Positions 51,238-64,000 of a stretch of DNA of 64,000 bases are shown here, piece by piece. This stretch comes from Octopus sinensis (Eukaryota), in contig NC_042998.1 of the NCBI RefSeq assembly GCF_006345805.1, forward strand, positions 111,848,001-111,912,000, given 5' to 3'. The translations under genes and the position numbers were made by a program. Within the stretch, counting starts at the first letter, position 1, and each line of letters starts with the position of its first letter. Under the pieces are notes generated by a model. That model was not told where the DNA came from, ran no database searches, and saw nothing but the letters and a program-made list of their open reading frames with translations.

Positions 51238-51665
51238 ATATACATATATTATATATGTATATACACACGCGTACAAGACAACAGATACACACACACAAGC
51301 ACACATACATACGCACATATGAAACATTTTGTAGAAGAAATGTAAATGGAGGTGCGTGCTAGATGCATCCTAGTGTCTTGCCTAAACTGGTTTCAAATAA
51401 TGTGGAGTATCTACTGCGCACCTAAATTACCCTAAATTGATATTTGACTAAGGTGATCATATCGATTAAACTTTTTATACTATGTGCGTACGAGCACAAT
51501 TCACGATCCCAATAACACCCGCACGCGCACACTTATACCAGCATACACACATGTATACACATATGTATACATTAGTTTACGTATATGTCCATATATGTAT
51601 ATGTGTGTATGTGTGTGTGTGCGCGCGTGTTTGTAAGTATGCATATATGTGTGTGTCTGTATGTG

Positions 51666-51696
<31 letters not shown>

Positions 51697-51722
51697 TTAC
51701 ATGAAGTTAAATATATGTCAAG

Positions 51723-51864
51723 TCACAGAGTGATCAATGGCTTCACATCCATAGAGAGCTTAGCTTTATAGACGACTCGTCAGACACCAGTGACCGTGGA
51801 CGTGTGACGAGTCTTCTATAAAACTAAGCGTTTTACGGATGCGAAACCATTGGTCGTTCTATGA
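51723..51864. repeat. Inverted repeat with arms about 60 bp; each arm is a degenerate hammerhead-like motif
   Basis: tgacgagtcttctataaaactaagc..ggatgcgaaaccattggtc against the reverse complement ctgacgagtcgtctataaagctaagc..ggatgtgaagccattgatc. Confidence 0.8.
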
Positions 51865-52016
51865 TCGGACATGATTTGGCTTAATGTAAATTCATTACTG
51901 GTCCAACTTTAAGAGTGTGCTTCTTTTTCGGATATATGATCCGCTGACGATACACCCCACACACACATGTATGTATGTATGTATGTAGTATGTATGTATG
52001 TATGTATGTATATATG

Positions 52017-52047
<31 letters not shown>

Positions 52048-52768
52048 ATATGTATATGTGTGTATGTATGTATGTATTTATATATACACAGACATACATA
52101 TATACATAGATGCATGTATATATTATTCTTAAACAAGAAGGTTGTTGACATCATCTATTCACATGTATTTATATTTATATGTTTGTGTGTGTGTATAGAT
52201 ATATATATATATATCTGACACATATTCATAAATGCATATCTATGTGTGCGCGCTCACTCGCATCTATGTATGTATGTGTGTATGTGTATATATATATATA
52301 TATATATTATACATAAATACATATAAACATCTATACAGTTAATCATCGATACATGCATAGCACACAGATAAACAACAATGTGAAGTGTGTGTATTTGTGT
52401 GTGTGTGTGTGTGTGTTTGTGTGTCTGTGTGTGTGAACACCCTCCCCTATCTACTTCGCACACCGTCACTCGTTACTTATCAAGTTCACGCATGTTATGA
52501 ATGCGTTCGGTGTGAAAAGACGGAGATATGATGACTGCATTTGTCCCACGTCTAATGTCTATAGCCGCACGCTACTGTGGCATTGGCGGCACATATGTGT
52601 ACACGTGCCAGATGCACGTGTACTCGTTTACAGGAGAACCATAGGGTTTCATGCGCATTTAATTTCGTGTGTACAGACATATTGCTTTATGAATTATAAC
52701 ATATTCTTTCAAACACACCGCGCACCCTCATAGAAAATGAAACATATTTGTATACGTATATACAACCA

Positions 52769-52811
<43 letters not shown>

Positions 52812-52958
52812 ACGCACGCACACAAACACACACACTTATGTACAATAAAGCAGAAATAATATAAATACATATATGTATATATATATGCACATGTGTATGT
52901 GTATGTATATATATATATCGGTGTGTAAATATCTTTGTGTGTATATATATATACATAA

Positions 52959-53009
<51 letters not shown>

Positions 53010-53087
53010 TATGTAGATATATATATATTATATGTATATACATACATTATCTATCTATCTATCTTTCTATCAATCTACATATATATG

Positions 53088-53203
<116 letters not shown>

Positions 53204-53825
53204 AACATATATTACAGAGAGAGAGAGAAAGAACGAAGAAAGAAAGTTAGATAGATAGATAGATAGATAGATACAGAAATATATATTACTTCGCAAACTA
53301 TTGGTACTGAGATTTTTATACATGCTTGTTTCTGTCAGTGTGTATGTGCATGTCTGTGTGTGTATGTGTATATGTGTGTGTGTATGTGTGTGTGTGTGTG
53401 TGTGTACGCGCGCGCGTGCAACTCCGTTCCCCGGTTATATAGCGATGTTTAATTATTTAAGCTCATGGCAAAAAAGTTATTGACAGAAAAATGAAGTTGT
53501 AAGACGTGCATGCTATTCCGACAAGATTTTAAATATAACAATGTTTCGAATTGGTTTTTCGATACTTCACCATCGTAAAACAATTTGCTGTTGCAGATTA
53601 ATCTCAACGAACTGAGATTTTATATCATAGTTCCACCTGTTGCTATATCTACCTCAAATCGCATCCAGGTTATATAATGTAGTCTGTGTTCATTGTACAT
53701 AGGGGGAAAAACACAGGATAGTCACAGATGGGATGCCTTGGGTTATAATCTCCTCGGTCAGGAATGATACACACACACATTCACACACCCATATATACCT
53801 ACAAACTTATTTGTCTATCTATCTA

Positions 53826-53888
<63 letters not shown>

Positions 53889-53917
53889 CTCTTTCTACCT
53901 GTCCATATTTCTCTCTC

Positions 53918-53948
<31 letters not shown>

Positions 53949-53999
53949 CACTATCTATCTTTTTATCTCCACCCACCTCTCTGTGTGTATGTATATATA

Positions 54000-54390
54000 T
54001 ATTCTTTTACTAGCTTCAGTAATTTTACTGCGGCCATACTAGAGCATCACCTTGAAGGGTTTTAGTCAAACAAGTCGATCCCATGAAATTTTCTTTTAAG
54101 TACTTATTCTATCATTCCATTTTGCCGAACCGCTACATTACAGGGACATAAACAAACGAACGCTGTGAATGGGGAGGGACAATCACAGGCACAAAGACAC
54201 ATGTACATAAATATTTACAGACACACATATGTGAATATATATATGCACACACACGACGGGCTTCTTTCAGTTTCCGTCTGTCAAATCCACTCAGAAGGCT
54301 TTGATTGGCCTGAGGATATAGAAGAAGACACTTGATCAAGGTGCCACGCAGGGGACTGAACCCAAAACGATGTTGTTGGGAAGCAAGCAT
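54000..54390 (-). mobile_element. SINE family C
   Basis: gcggccatactagagc tail, gggcttctttcagtttccgtc, aagacacttgatcaaggtgccacgc head. Confidence 0.8.
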
Positions 54391-54699
54391 GGGTGCATTC
54401 ACGATCAAAGCAAAATCCCATGGTTGATTTCATCTTTACTCAAAAGTCTAACATTGCCGACGTCTTAAATCTTCGTGCTTAATGTAATACCGACTATAAC
54501 AGTCAAAATTCAAATATTCATATTTTGGATTCATAAGAAAATTCGTAAGCATAGCAAAAAAAAGTAAAGCAAGATAAACACCGAAGCCAATTGATGTTGA
54601 CAAATTAATTCAATAAGATAAATTGGAACTTGTACAAAGCAAGCGTAATGATATCAATTTTGAATGGAACTTGAAAAAATTTAAAGACGCAAGTAAATG

Positions 54700-55330
54700 A
54701 TTTGGGCGTCAGTCTCGCGAATCAAAAGAAAGACATACAGAGACTGGTTTGACAACAATGAAGATGAAATATTTCAGCTGCTAAGGATAAAAAACACAAT
54801 CAATTGACAATATTTCATTGTATTCCGGTACGAAACATAAAAAAAGTGTATAGAACGTTCCTATAAGTCACTGAAAGCAATGTTGCACTGAGAATTAACA
54901 ATTAAAACAGTGGTCACAAATCTCATCGAGTATTCAAGATGTATGTAATAGATAGGTTTCCTAGTATCTGGACATTAATCATCCTCTGTAGTCCGTTTCC
55001 AATCAAAAGATGGGAACTCTTTAAAAACTCAGCCAACATAATTTCGGTTCTGTTCTTCAACCCTTCCGATGTTAACATGGGAATTGATTACTACAAAGAG
55101 CTAAGCTGATAATTGCCTGTTGGGACTGAACTCCGATTCCACAAGTCTGAATTAATGGCGAATTAGTGTTCGTAAGTAAAGGATCTAAGAGTGAAGGTGA
55201 AAATTTCAATGGTATCACTCGGAATATTTGGTAAAATCCTCTAGATACTAATGATAAATCGCCTGATGCGTGGCATCTGTTCCATAATTTTACCAGAAAG
55301 CCAATTTGTGTGTTTGTCCTTTTGATGGCT
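54700..55330 (+). pseudogene. Highly degraded RTE linker region
   Basis: KRHTDWFDNNEDEIFQLL, SKDG, NGIT.EIF.K-like motifs. Confidence 0.55.
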
Positions 55331-55380
55331 GTTCGTTAATTACATAATAACTATATTATACACAACACAGCTTAGATCAG

Positions 55381-55438
<58 letters not shown>

Positions 55439-56139
55439 CGCGCGCTATGTGTGTGTACATGTATGCATTCTATTGTTTGAAATATTCTGCTTCTGGTTAT
55501 CAGTTGTACATTGAAATCTAAGAACAAATGATTCGATAAATTAAACAAAGGATTCGTCAAAAGAATCATAAATGTGTGGTTGTTATTTATATATTCTATA
55601 ACACAGATGCCGGTGATGTGCTGAAGCAATCGATATACCGAGATCAGAAATACTTTCATTCACTATCCAAATAATTTTGCAAGAATGTCCGATTTCCCCA
55701 AATCGCATTTAAAAATAACATTTAATTTCAACTTACAGGAATGACTTGTTATATTAATTATTTGGATAACATCTTCCAAGTTATGCTTACCTTACAGTTT
55801 TGTGTGGAATAATTCTGGAAGCCTTTCTAAAATTGATAAGTAGTAAATTTCTATGTATTAACTTAAAATGAAAAGCTAATATGAGGACACACTAGAAAAT
55901 AAAATAAAGTCACATCTCTCTCTCTCCCCCTCCCCCTCTCTCTCTCGCCGTTGCTTTTAATAGGCTGCCTGCAATTTGTAAAGTGCTATGCAAGGTATAA
56001 TAGGCTTGTTTTCCACTCTCATGGCTTCAATATTTTCCCGTTCTGTCCACTGATTTATCGGAAAAGGTGTCTATTTAAGCAAGCTTCTGCTGCCCTGCTT
56101 TCTCCTGCAAACAGTGCGGAAAAGTCAGAGTAGTGGTGA

Positions 56140-56560
56140 AGCTCTTTTTTTTATTAGCCCTCTTTGGATCACGTTTAGAAACTGAGAACAGAAGTGGGCC
56201 AAGTATTGAACCATGTGGGACCAGCGCATTAATAGATGTTGAGAGGATGACATCAAGGTAGGTTTAAACTTACCTTAACAGTTTCCCATATATTCCCTTG
56301 TCTCATGCTTGACATAAAGTAGTTAGTTATACAAATCTATAAGAAACGCTATCATAAATTTTTTGATGTTTAGGACCATGATGTTTAGGACCATGATGTT
56401 TAGGACCATGACGGATGTCAAAATCTCCTTTTTGAGATAATGTGATTTTATAGCAAATATCTTTGCGCTATATAGACCGCTGATTTCTTAATTTTACTAA
56501 TGTTGATAAATAATGAGATAAGGGGGTATTTTGATGAAATCACAAAGATCAAATTTCACT
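56140..56560 (-). pseudogene. CR1/L2-type RT relic
   Basis: VPHGSILGPLLF (GVPQGS motif) and an upstream YRP.SL-like remnant. Confidence 0.5.
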
Positions 56561-56781
56561 GATTTAAACATAGACCACAGTAAATAAAATTTGGAATATG
56601 ATATACAAAGTAGCGGGAGGAAGTTTAGCTAGTTTCATACAACTTTCTGGGTAAAATCTGATAGAAACACGTTAATTTTCCGTGTTATTTTTACTTCTTT
56701 TTCAATGTTATAGCTAAAGATTGATTTATCAATGGTCGTTTGCCATCAGCATTCCATACACGATTTCTTTTTGTCGAATCG

Positions 56782-56818
<37 letters not shown>

Positions 56819-57093
56819 ACGATGCTCTACAACATTTGCTGCTGACATTGTAATTTCTTTTTTCCCGACTTACTACCAGATCCTGGCTATGTCGTTTTTT
56901 CAGAAACTTTCGTTTGGTCTCTGAGTTTTACTTTATTTCGATTGTTTGAAAGGCAACGCTTCCTTCAGGGCGTCTTTCAGGATTCGTACCAAGACTTTTA
57001 CTGATTATTTTGCTTGGGACGAAAATGGCCAGCGTTTTACATATAACCGCCATCATGTCTGTGTTCACTTTCTCCATAACATTTTCTTTATAT

Positions 57094-57220
<127 letters not shown>

Positions 57221-57244
57221 ATATGATGTATGTATGTATGTATG

Positions 57245-57281
<37 letters not shown>

Positions 57282-57493
57282 TAGAGAAAAACCACTATTA
57301 TGCAATTCAAACAATGATAGACATAAACCAAATCATAAATATAAAATAAAATATATTTTAAAACTTATAACTAGATCACATAAAGTACAAAATGACTAAA
57401 CAATATATAATAAGTAAAAAGACTACGTACGTTTCATGGCTATAATTTAAATTCGAATTACAATTAAATTTAAATTTAAGCGAAAAACAATTC

Positions 57494-57552
<59 letters not shown>

Positions 57553-59889
57553 TGACCAAAATAAGTTTAAGACCGATGATGACAGTTCTATCCCGTCATT
57601 AATTTATTTTTAACAAAACTGTATAAAATTAGTATAAAATTATTTTACTTTTTACAGTTTATGTTTCCCCTGAACATTTACTTTTATTAGCACCAGGTTA
57701 TAGTTTGACGTGTCCAGTTGTGCAAAAGTTGTAGCATAAGCAATAAGATATACTAGAACAACATGAAAAATGTTGTCACATTCTGTTAGTTTATTTAGTA
57801 TCTGTTGTAAGCCAAAGCAGTCAGCAAGCTTTTGTGAACAAGGCAAGAAATTTTTGTTGTTCAATTACCAAGTCAGTCTCTTAAATTTTCCTTGAAAATA
57901 AAATAAAGTCACTTATTGATCTGTCTCTGTCTCTCTCTCCCTCTCTCACTGTGTACACACACACACACATACACAAGGACATGCACGCACACTCACACAC
58001 GCACACACACATACATAATTTTCCTTGAAGCATGACCGATTGTTCCCGAAACTCAACTTTGTGAAAGTGCAGTAGATTTGTGTCAGTGCAGTCACAGATC
58101 TGTAAATCCCTTCTTTAGAACTTTCAGATTTTGTTTGTATATTTTCTAGGATTATGCTGAATAACAATATTTTCTTGATTGTACATAGAATTGCCACTAT
58201 TTTTTTTTTACTTCTATTGGTTTCTACCAGAGGGTGCGGCCATGCTGGGCTACCAACTTTTCTTGGGATTGGTTTAACTTCGCACTCATTTCCTGGTTTT
58301 CTCTCTGGTGATGATTCTGGTGCAATAGAGAGTTGGACAGAGCTGCTCTTCTTTGTGATTCCTGTTGCGATATGGTCTCACCTGGTGGCTCAAATGAAAA
58401 TTTGACCAAATGTTCTCACAGATATTTAAAGTTGTTTGGCAGTGTTGAAAAGTTGTAGATCCTTGAAACCTAAACTTTTACAGTACTGGGTCCTTACTGT
58501 AGATGGAAAGGATGGGATCTTTGGTATTATGCATCAAGTACTACTTGATGTCTCAACACGATATCCTCAGCAATATGGAGAATAATTTGTTTCCATCGGG
58601 ATTGTTGAATCTAAAAAGATTCCACGGCAACTTTTATAGAAGGCTTTGTTATGGAGAAAATTTGCTTACATTGGACCTCAGACCACGTATACTTATTTCT
58701 ATGATCTTTAGATCCTTGTCGTGTAGTCGTAAGTATCAGCTACACCTTTTTTTATGTGGAAACACTCTACCTGTTCATATAAGGTGCAATGAACTGACTT
58801 TGGTGTTGTTCACACCTTTTGCTTAAAGAGAGAATTTTGTTCCCCGATGAACTGGGAACTTGACAATAAATTTGACTTTACACTCAGTATAATATCACAC
58901 CAAAAGTAAATGGTAAGTTGTTATTCTTATAAGTGCTTTAAAGTAATAATAACATTTAACACATATACACATACACACATGCGCGCGCACACACATATTG
59001 CTGGGGGTATCACGATGATGTATACGATTCAGTAAAAGAATGTAATCAATAATTCTAAAGTGAATATTATTCGTTGACGGCTAACTTGAAATAGTGACAC
59101 GCTACGCGTACCTCATAGCCAGTCGCCTGATGATTGGGAACGAGAAACTCCACATAGTAATTCATGCAGAATCAGATATGCATATATCTATCAATCTATC
59201 TAATATATATTGTATACGTATCAGTGTGTGCGTGTGCATGTAAAGATATATGAATAAATACATACGCATATATGGATGCACATATATGTTTATATATAAA
59301 TATGAATATATATATATATATATATATATGTTTGTATGTGTGTGAATATATATAAATATATAGATATATATATATTTATTTATTTATTTATATGTATATA
59401 TACATATATAGACGCACCCAATGATGTACACATACAAACAAACATACATATACAAGGATATACATACATAAATACACAAAAACATACATACATACATACG
59501 CACATACATACATATATACATACATACATACATGTATCTTAGTGGAAGTGACGCCCCAGAACAGCTGTGACAGATGGCACTAAGTGAAAGATATATGTAA
59601 CAGCTGTGAATAAGTAAGGTGGGATGAACTAAATAACAACAATTACAGTAACATCCATAAAAACAGCAACAACAACAACGCCAATGACAACAGCAACGGC
59701 GTCGAAGACGTTGACAACGACAAGAAGAACACCAACCACAAAAATAACACGCTCAAAAAACAACAATACGAACAAGAATATAGACGACAATGAGAACAAT
59801 AATAGAAAAACAAACTGTAATAAAAAACATTCCGAAGCTGTCATTATGTTCATTTTAGCGAACACACCTATTTTGCATTGGGTATATTA

Positions 59890-60038
59890 TTGTATGTGTA
59901 CATACATACATGCATGCATACATACATACATACATACATACATACATACATACATACATACATACATACATACATACATACATACATACATACATACATA
60001 CATACATACATACATACATACGTACATACATACATACA

Positions 60039-60070
<32 letters not shown>

Positions 60071-60274
60071 AAGATACGTACATACGTACATACATACATA
60101 CATACATACATACATACAAACATACATACATACATACATACATACAAACATACATACATACATACATACATACATGCATACATACATACATACATACATA
60201 CATACATACATACATACATACATACATACATACATACAAACATACATACATACATACATACATACAAACATACG

Positions 60275-60306
<32 letters not shown>

Positions 60307-60680
60307 AAGATACGTACATACGTACATACATACAAACATACATGCATAAATACATACATACATACATACATAGAAACATACGTACATACATAGATACATA
60401 CATACAAACATACGTACATACATACATACGTATATACATACATACATACATACATACATACATACAAAGATACGTAAATACGTACATACATACATACATA
60501 CAAACATACATGCATAAATACATACATACAAACATACGTATATACATACATACAAACATACGTAGATACATGCATACATACATACATAGAACGTACATAT
60601 ATACTTACAGACATACATAGTACGTACATACATAGATATATACATACGTACGTACATACATGCATACATACATACTTGCG
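59890..60680. repeat. About 800-bp complex (TACA)n array with variant units
   Basis: TACA interspersed with TACG, AACA, TGCA, AAGA; source of the 247-265 aa MYVC pseudo-ORFs. Confidence 0.97.
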
Positions 60681-60743
60681 TACATACTTATATATGTGCG
60701 GGTACGTACATCGATACCTGCATACGCATACACACTTATATCA

Positions 60744-61135
60744 GGCGTGGCTGTGTCGTAAAAAGCTTGCTTCCACACCTCATGGTTCCGGGTTCAGTCC
60801 CACCTCGTGACACCTTGGGTGAGTGTCTTCAACTATAGTCTTGTACCGACCAAATCCGACTCAGCAGATTTTGCAGACGGAAACTGAATGAATCCCGTCG
60901 TATATATATGTGTGCGTGTCTATGTCTGTGTCTGTGTTTACACTCCTCCGGCGATCACTGCTTAGCAACCGATGTTGGTATGTGTACATCCCAGTACCTA
61001 AGCGGTTCAGCAAAAAAGACCGATGGAATAAGTACAAAGCTTAAAAAAAATACGTCCTGGTGTTGATTTGTTCGACTAAAACCCTTCAAGGGGGAGCTCC
61101 AGCATGGCCGCAGCCAAGCATCTGAAACAAGTAAA
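60744..61135 (+). mobile_element. SINE family C, full length
   Basis: ggcgtggctgtgtcgtaaaaagcttgcttcc..caccttgggtgagtgtcttc..catggccgcag. Confidence 0.85.
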
Positions 61136-61189
61136 AAAATAAAAGAATAAAAGGAATATATATATATATAATATATATATATATATATT

Positions 61190-61344
61190 ACTTCTTTCAG
61201 TTAGACTACGGCCATGCTGGGGCAACGCCTCGGAGAATTTTTAGTGGAATGAATCTACCACAGTACTTGCTTTTTTAAAACCAGGTACTTATTCTATCAG
61301 CCTCTTTTGCCGAACCGTTGTATTACAGTAAACACACTAATACC

Positions 61345-61345
<1 letters not shown>
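61190..61345 (-). mobile_element. SINE family C 3' half
   Basis: cggccatgctggggcaacgcc..ggtacttattctatc..ttttgccgaaccg. Confidence 0.75.
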
Positions 61346-61380
<35 letters not shown>

Positions 61381-61384
61381 TGTG

Positions 61385-61600
61385 TGTGTGTGTGTGTCTT
61401 TATGTCTGTGTTTGTCTTCCCACCACCGCGCATCAACCGGTGTGTATACATCCCCGTAACTTAGAGGTCCAGCATGATGAACCGACAGAAAAAGTACCAG
61501 GCTCAACAAAAATCAAGTGCTGGGTTCGATTAAGTCGGCTAAAAATTCAAGGCGGTGCCCCAGCATGGCCGCATTCTGATGACTGTAAAAGATAAAAGAT
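61385..61600 (+). mobile_element. SINE family C 3' half
   Basis: tttgtcttcccaccacc..ccccgtaacttag..ggcggtgccccagcatggccgc. Confidence 0.75.
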
Positions 61601-62117
61601 AAAAAAACATACATATACATGTGGATACATGCACACACACACACATATGCATGTATAAGTGTGTATAAGTATGTATCATGTGTAAAGTAAAAATGTGTAT
61701 TGCATGTATATATATATATATATGTTGTAAAAAAATGGTTTTTCCGTTTTCGTTTTTCGTTTCTCGTTAAGTTCTACGTCTAGTTGTGGTCTCCTGTACT
61801 CACGTGTATATATATTTATATATGCATGTATATATATTTATATATGCATGTATATATACATGTAGATGTAGGTACGTACATATATGTTTGTATGTATGCA
61901 TATATTTTATTTATTACACTATTGTTTGACAGCGCCTTCGCGTCGGGTTCGATTCGACTCGTTCCGTTTATTATTCTCCCAGTACTGTTATATATATATA
62001 TATATATATTACTCAAAGAAATTCCAGCTTTGATTTTCACGTTTTATTTACAACATTATAATAATATAATATAAGATAATATAATGAAATGATAGAATAT
62101 TAAATGCCCATTCTGAT

Positions 62118-62164
62118 TGAACTAGTACTTTCGTGCATTAAACTATGCAATCTTCAGGGGTTCA
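62118..62164 (-). ncRNA. Minimal hammerhead motif, slightly degenerate
   Basis: Minus strand tgaac-cc-CTGAAGA-t-tgcat-agttta-atgca-c-GAAA-gtac-TA-gttca; two extra C before the core and a U-C mismatch at the base of helix II. Confidence 0.5.
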
Positions 62165-62180
62165 TGTAGTAGTGAGAGTA

Positions 62181-62218
<38 letters not shown>

Positions 62219-62479
62219 TAGTATCAAACGTCTAAAGTGTAATGTTTTTGTTAATGCAGAATACATACACATACACGTGTGTTGTTTTACTCGTTGCTGT
62301 TGTTGTGTAGCTCCAGATTGTCTGCAACTAAACGGTTCCATGAGACAGATATTCGGCTAGATGAAAATGTGACCCCCTACCCCCACAACCAGACCATTTT
62401 CCACGTTATAGTACGAGTGTGTAATTAGATGTATGTGTATGCGTATGTAATTGGTGATTTGCGCTCGCGTGTGTGTGTG

Positions 62480-62529
<50 letters not shown>

Positions 62530-62769
62530 AGGAGTGAGAGAGATAAGGAAGGAGTGTGAGTGGGAGACAGAAAGAGAGAGAGAGATCTATGTGCGTGATG
62601 AGTATGCTGACTTCGATTTTACTATTATTGTGCTGAATTTTCTATTTATCCACATTAAACTATGAAAATTAAATTTTGGTTATTCATATGCGTGAAATTT
62701 AAAGTTGTAATATTAAATTTTGCTAGTTGAGAATTATAATTTACGAGTAACATTTGTATCAAAATCATT

Positions 62770-63230
62770 ACTTAAGATTCTATATAGTCTGGTACAAGAG
62801 TGGGGTCCTTCGGGATGGGTGACACTATCAGTAACCGCACGGAATGACATCAACCTTAGTGACGTTATTGGATATTTTCATGTCGTTGAGACTAAGGATT
62901 GGTTGTATTTGGTGCTCTCTTGAATGGTAGTTAAGAAGGGAGGCAATGGATTTGGTAAGTCTGTTGAAGTCATTAAGTCTGTTGGAAATGTCGTTTGAAC
63001 CTGAGTTGTGGAACTAAGATTCTTGGTAATGTAAGTAGTTGTACGGCAGTGTCTAGAAAACGGCGTGTAGATGTATGCGAGGTCATCTGCGTATAAAGAT
63101 GACTGCATATTTTGTGGAGATGTGAGTAGGTCGTCTAAGCCAAGGCTGAAAAGAGCGGTAAGAAGGCGGATATTCGTGACACGCTTTTCAAGAAGTTGAA
63201 ATGCTGTTCCTGTACGCTATATAGGTGCGT
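62770..63230 (-). pseudogene. Jockey/I-like LINE RT fragment
   Basis: LFSLGLDDLLTSPQNMQSSLYADDLA (YADD catalytic motif); degraded downstream. Confidence 0.55.
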
Positions 63231-64000
63231 ATACAGAAGAGTAGTGAATCAGTATAGTGTTACTTCATTTGGGATCTTTTCGGGCTTTAAAATGGTTATA
63301 ATTTTACTCAGTTTCCAAATTCTGGGAATTTGACATGGTTATACAAACAGTTGTATATGTTGAGCATTGATTCATTTTCTTCAAGCCTGAAATGTTTTAA
63401 GTGTATATTTGTGACTTTATCTAGCTTTGAAGCTTTTGAACATCGGGTATGTTTTGAAGAAATAATTCAAAATAGAAGAAATAATTCAAAATCTTGGTTT
63501 AACTAGAAGATGCGTATTTCCTGTTTTGCGTTCCTGTCATCTTTGGGTAATGGTAGCTGATTTTAAAGAAGAAATGTCTTCTGACGATGGATAGAGAATA
63601 TCTCGGACCGGTAATTATACTCACAGTTTGGTGTTGTGTAAATACTGAAAAATATTTAAGCAAGACAGTCAATAAACAAAATATTCGTAAATTTGGGGTT
63701 TTTGTATCCAAACATGACAAAATTCACTTCATACAATAATACATGTGAAAGAAAATATTATATGAAATATGGGGGAAAAGGGTCAAGAAAGAAGTCTTTT
63801 GATAAGTAAATATTCAAAAGTTTCGACACGCTCAGCTTGTAAGAATGTCAGATTGTTAGAGTGTCGCATTGACCGAGGCGGAGTCGACTGAAAGGGAGAA
63901 AAATCCCTGCAGTGATAAAATAACATTGTCTGTTTATATAACATCAGATCTGCTGCAAACACGAGCCGCATTCCGCATCAAAAACAAAATGCAGTACAAG

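Noticed and set aside
57410-57445. Minus-strand gaaa-cgtacg-ta-gtcttt half hammerhead
   Set aside because: No CUGANGA strand upstream before the (TA)n tract; at most a truncated remnant.
58200-58900. Possible Penelope-type RT relic on the minus strand
   Set aside because: Only vague similarity (FKQK.., a possible FLD-like motif) across many stops; needs a translated search.
59120-59170. ctgatga...gaaa...gta spacing
   Set aside because: Helix I and helix II do not pair; likely chance.

Overview
Eukaryotic, AT-rich, repeat-saturated intergenic or intronic DNA. The mix of tRNA-derived SINEs and very long TACA/TA/TATC microsatellites suggests a coleoid cephalopod such as Octopus (inference). 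No host protein-coding gene can be supported; most track ORFs are translated microsatellites. Main content: (1) a near-intact 6.2 kb Tx1/L1-clade retrotransposon (38955-45157) preceded by a 5'-truncated sister copy, with all junctions in (TATC)n; (2) a 5'-truncated R4/Dong element in (TAA)n; (3) relics of mariner, Chapaev3, a pogo-type MITE, RTE, CR1/L2 and Jockey/I elements; (4) about 25 SINE copies built from shuffled modules. The least expected signal, found by manual pairing, is a dense set of hammerhead ribozyme (HHR) motifs in unrelated sequence contexts: minimal type I motifs with palindromic helix III at 3024, 5494, 49699, 50237 and 62118, degenerate ones at 13532, 24748 and 51723, a tRNA-head plus HHR palindromic element, and a three-copy repeat carrying the HHR core strands in a non-canonical order. 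All alignments and folds were done by eye; boundaries are approximate unless junctions are quoted, and SINE family letters are local labels only.
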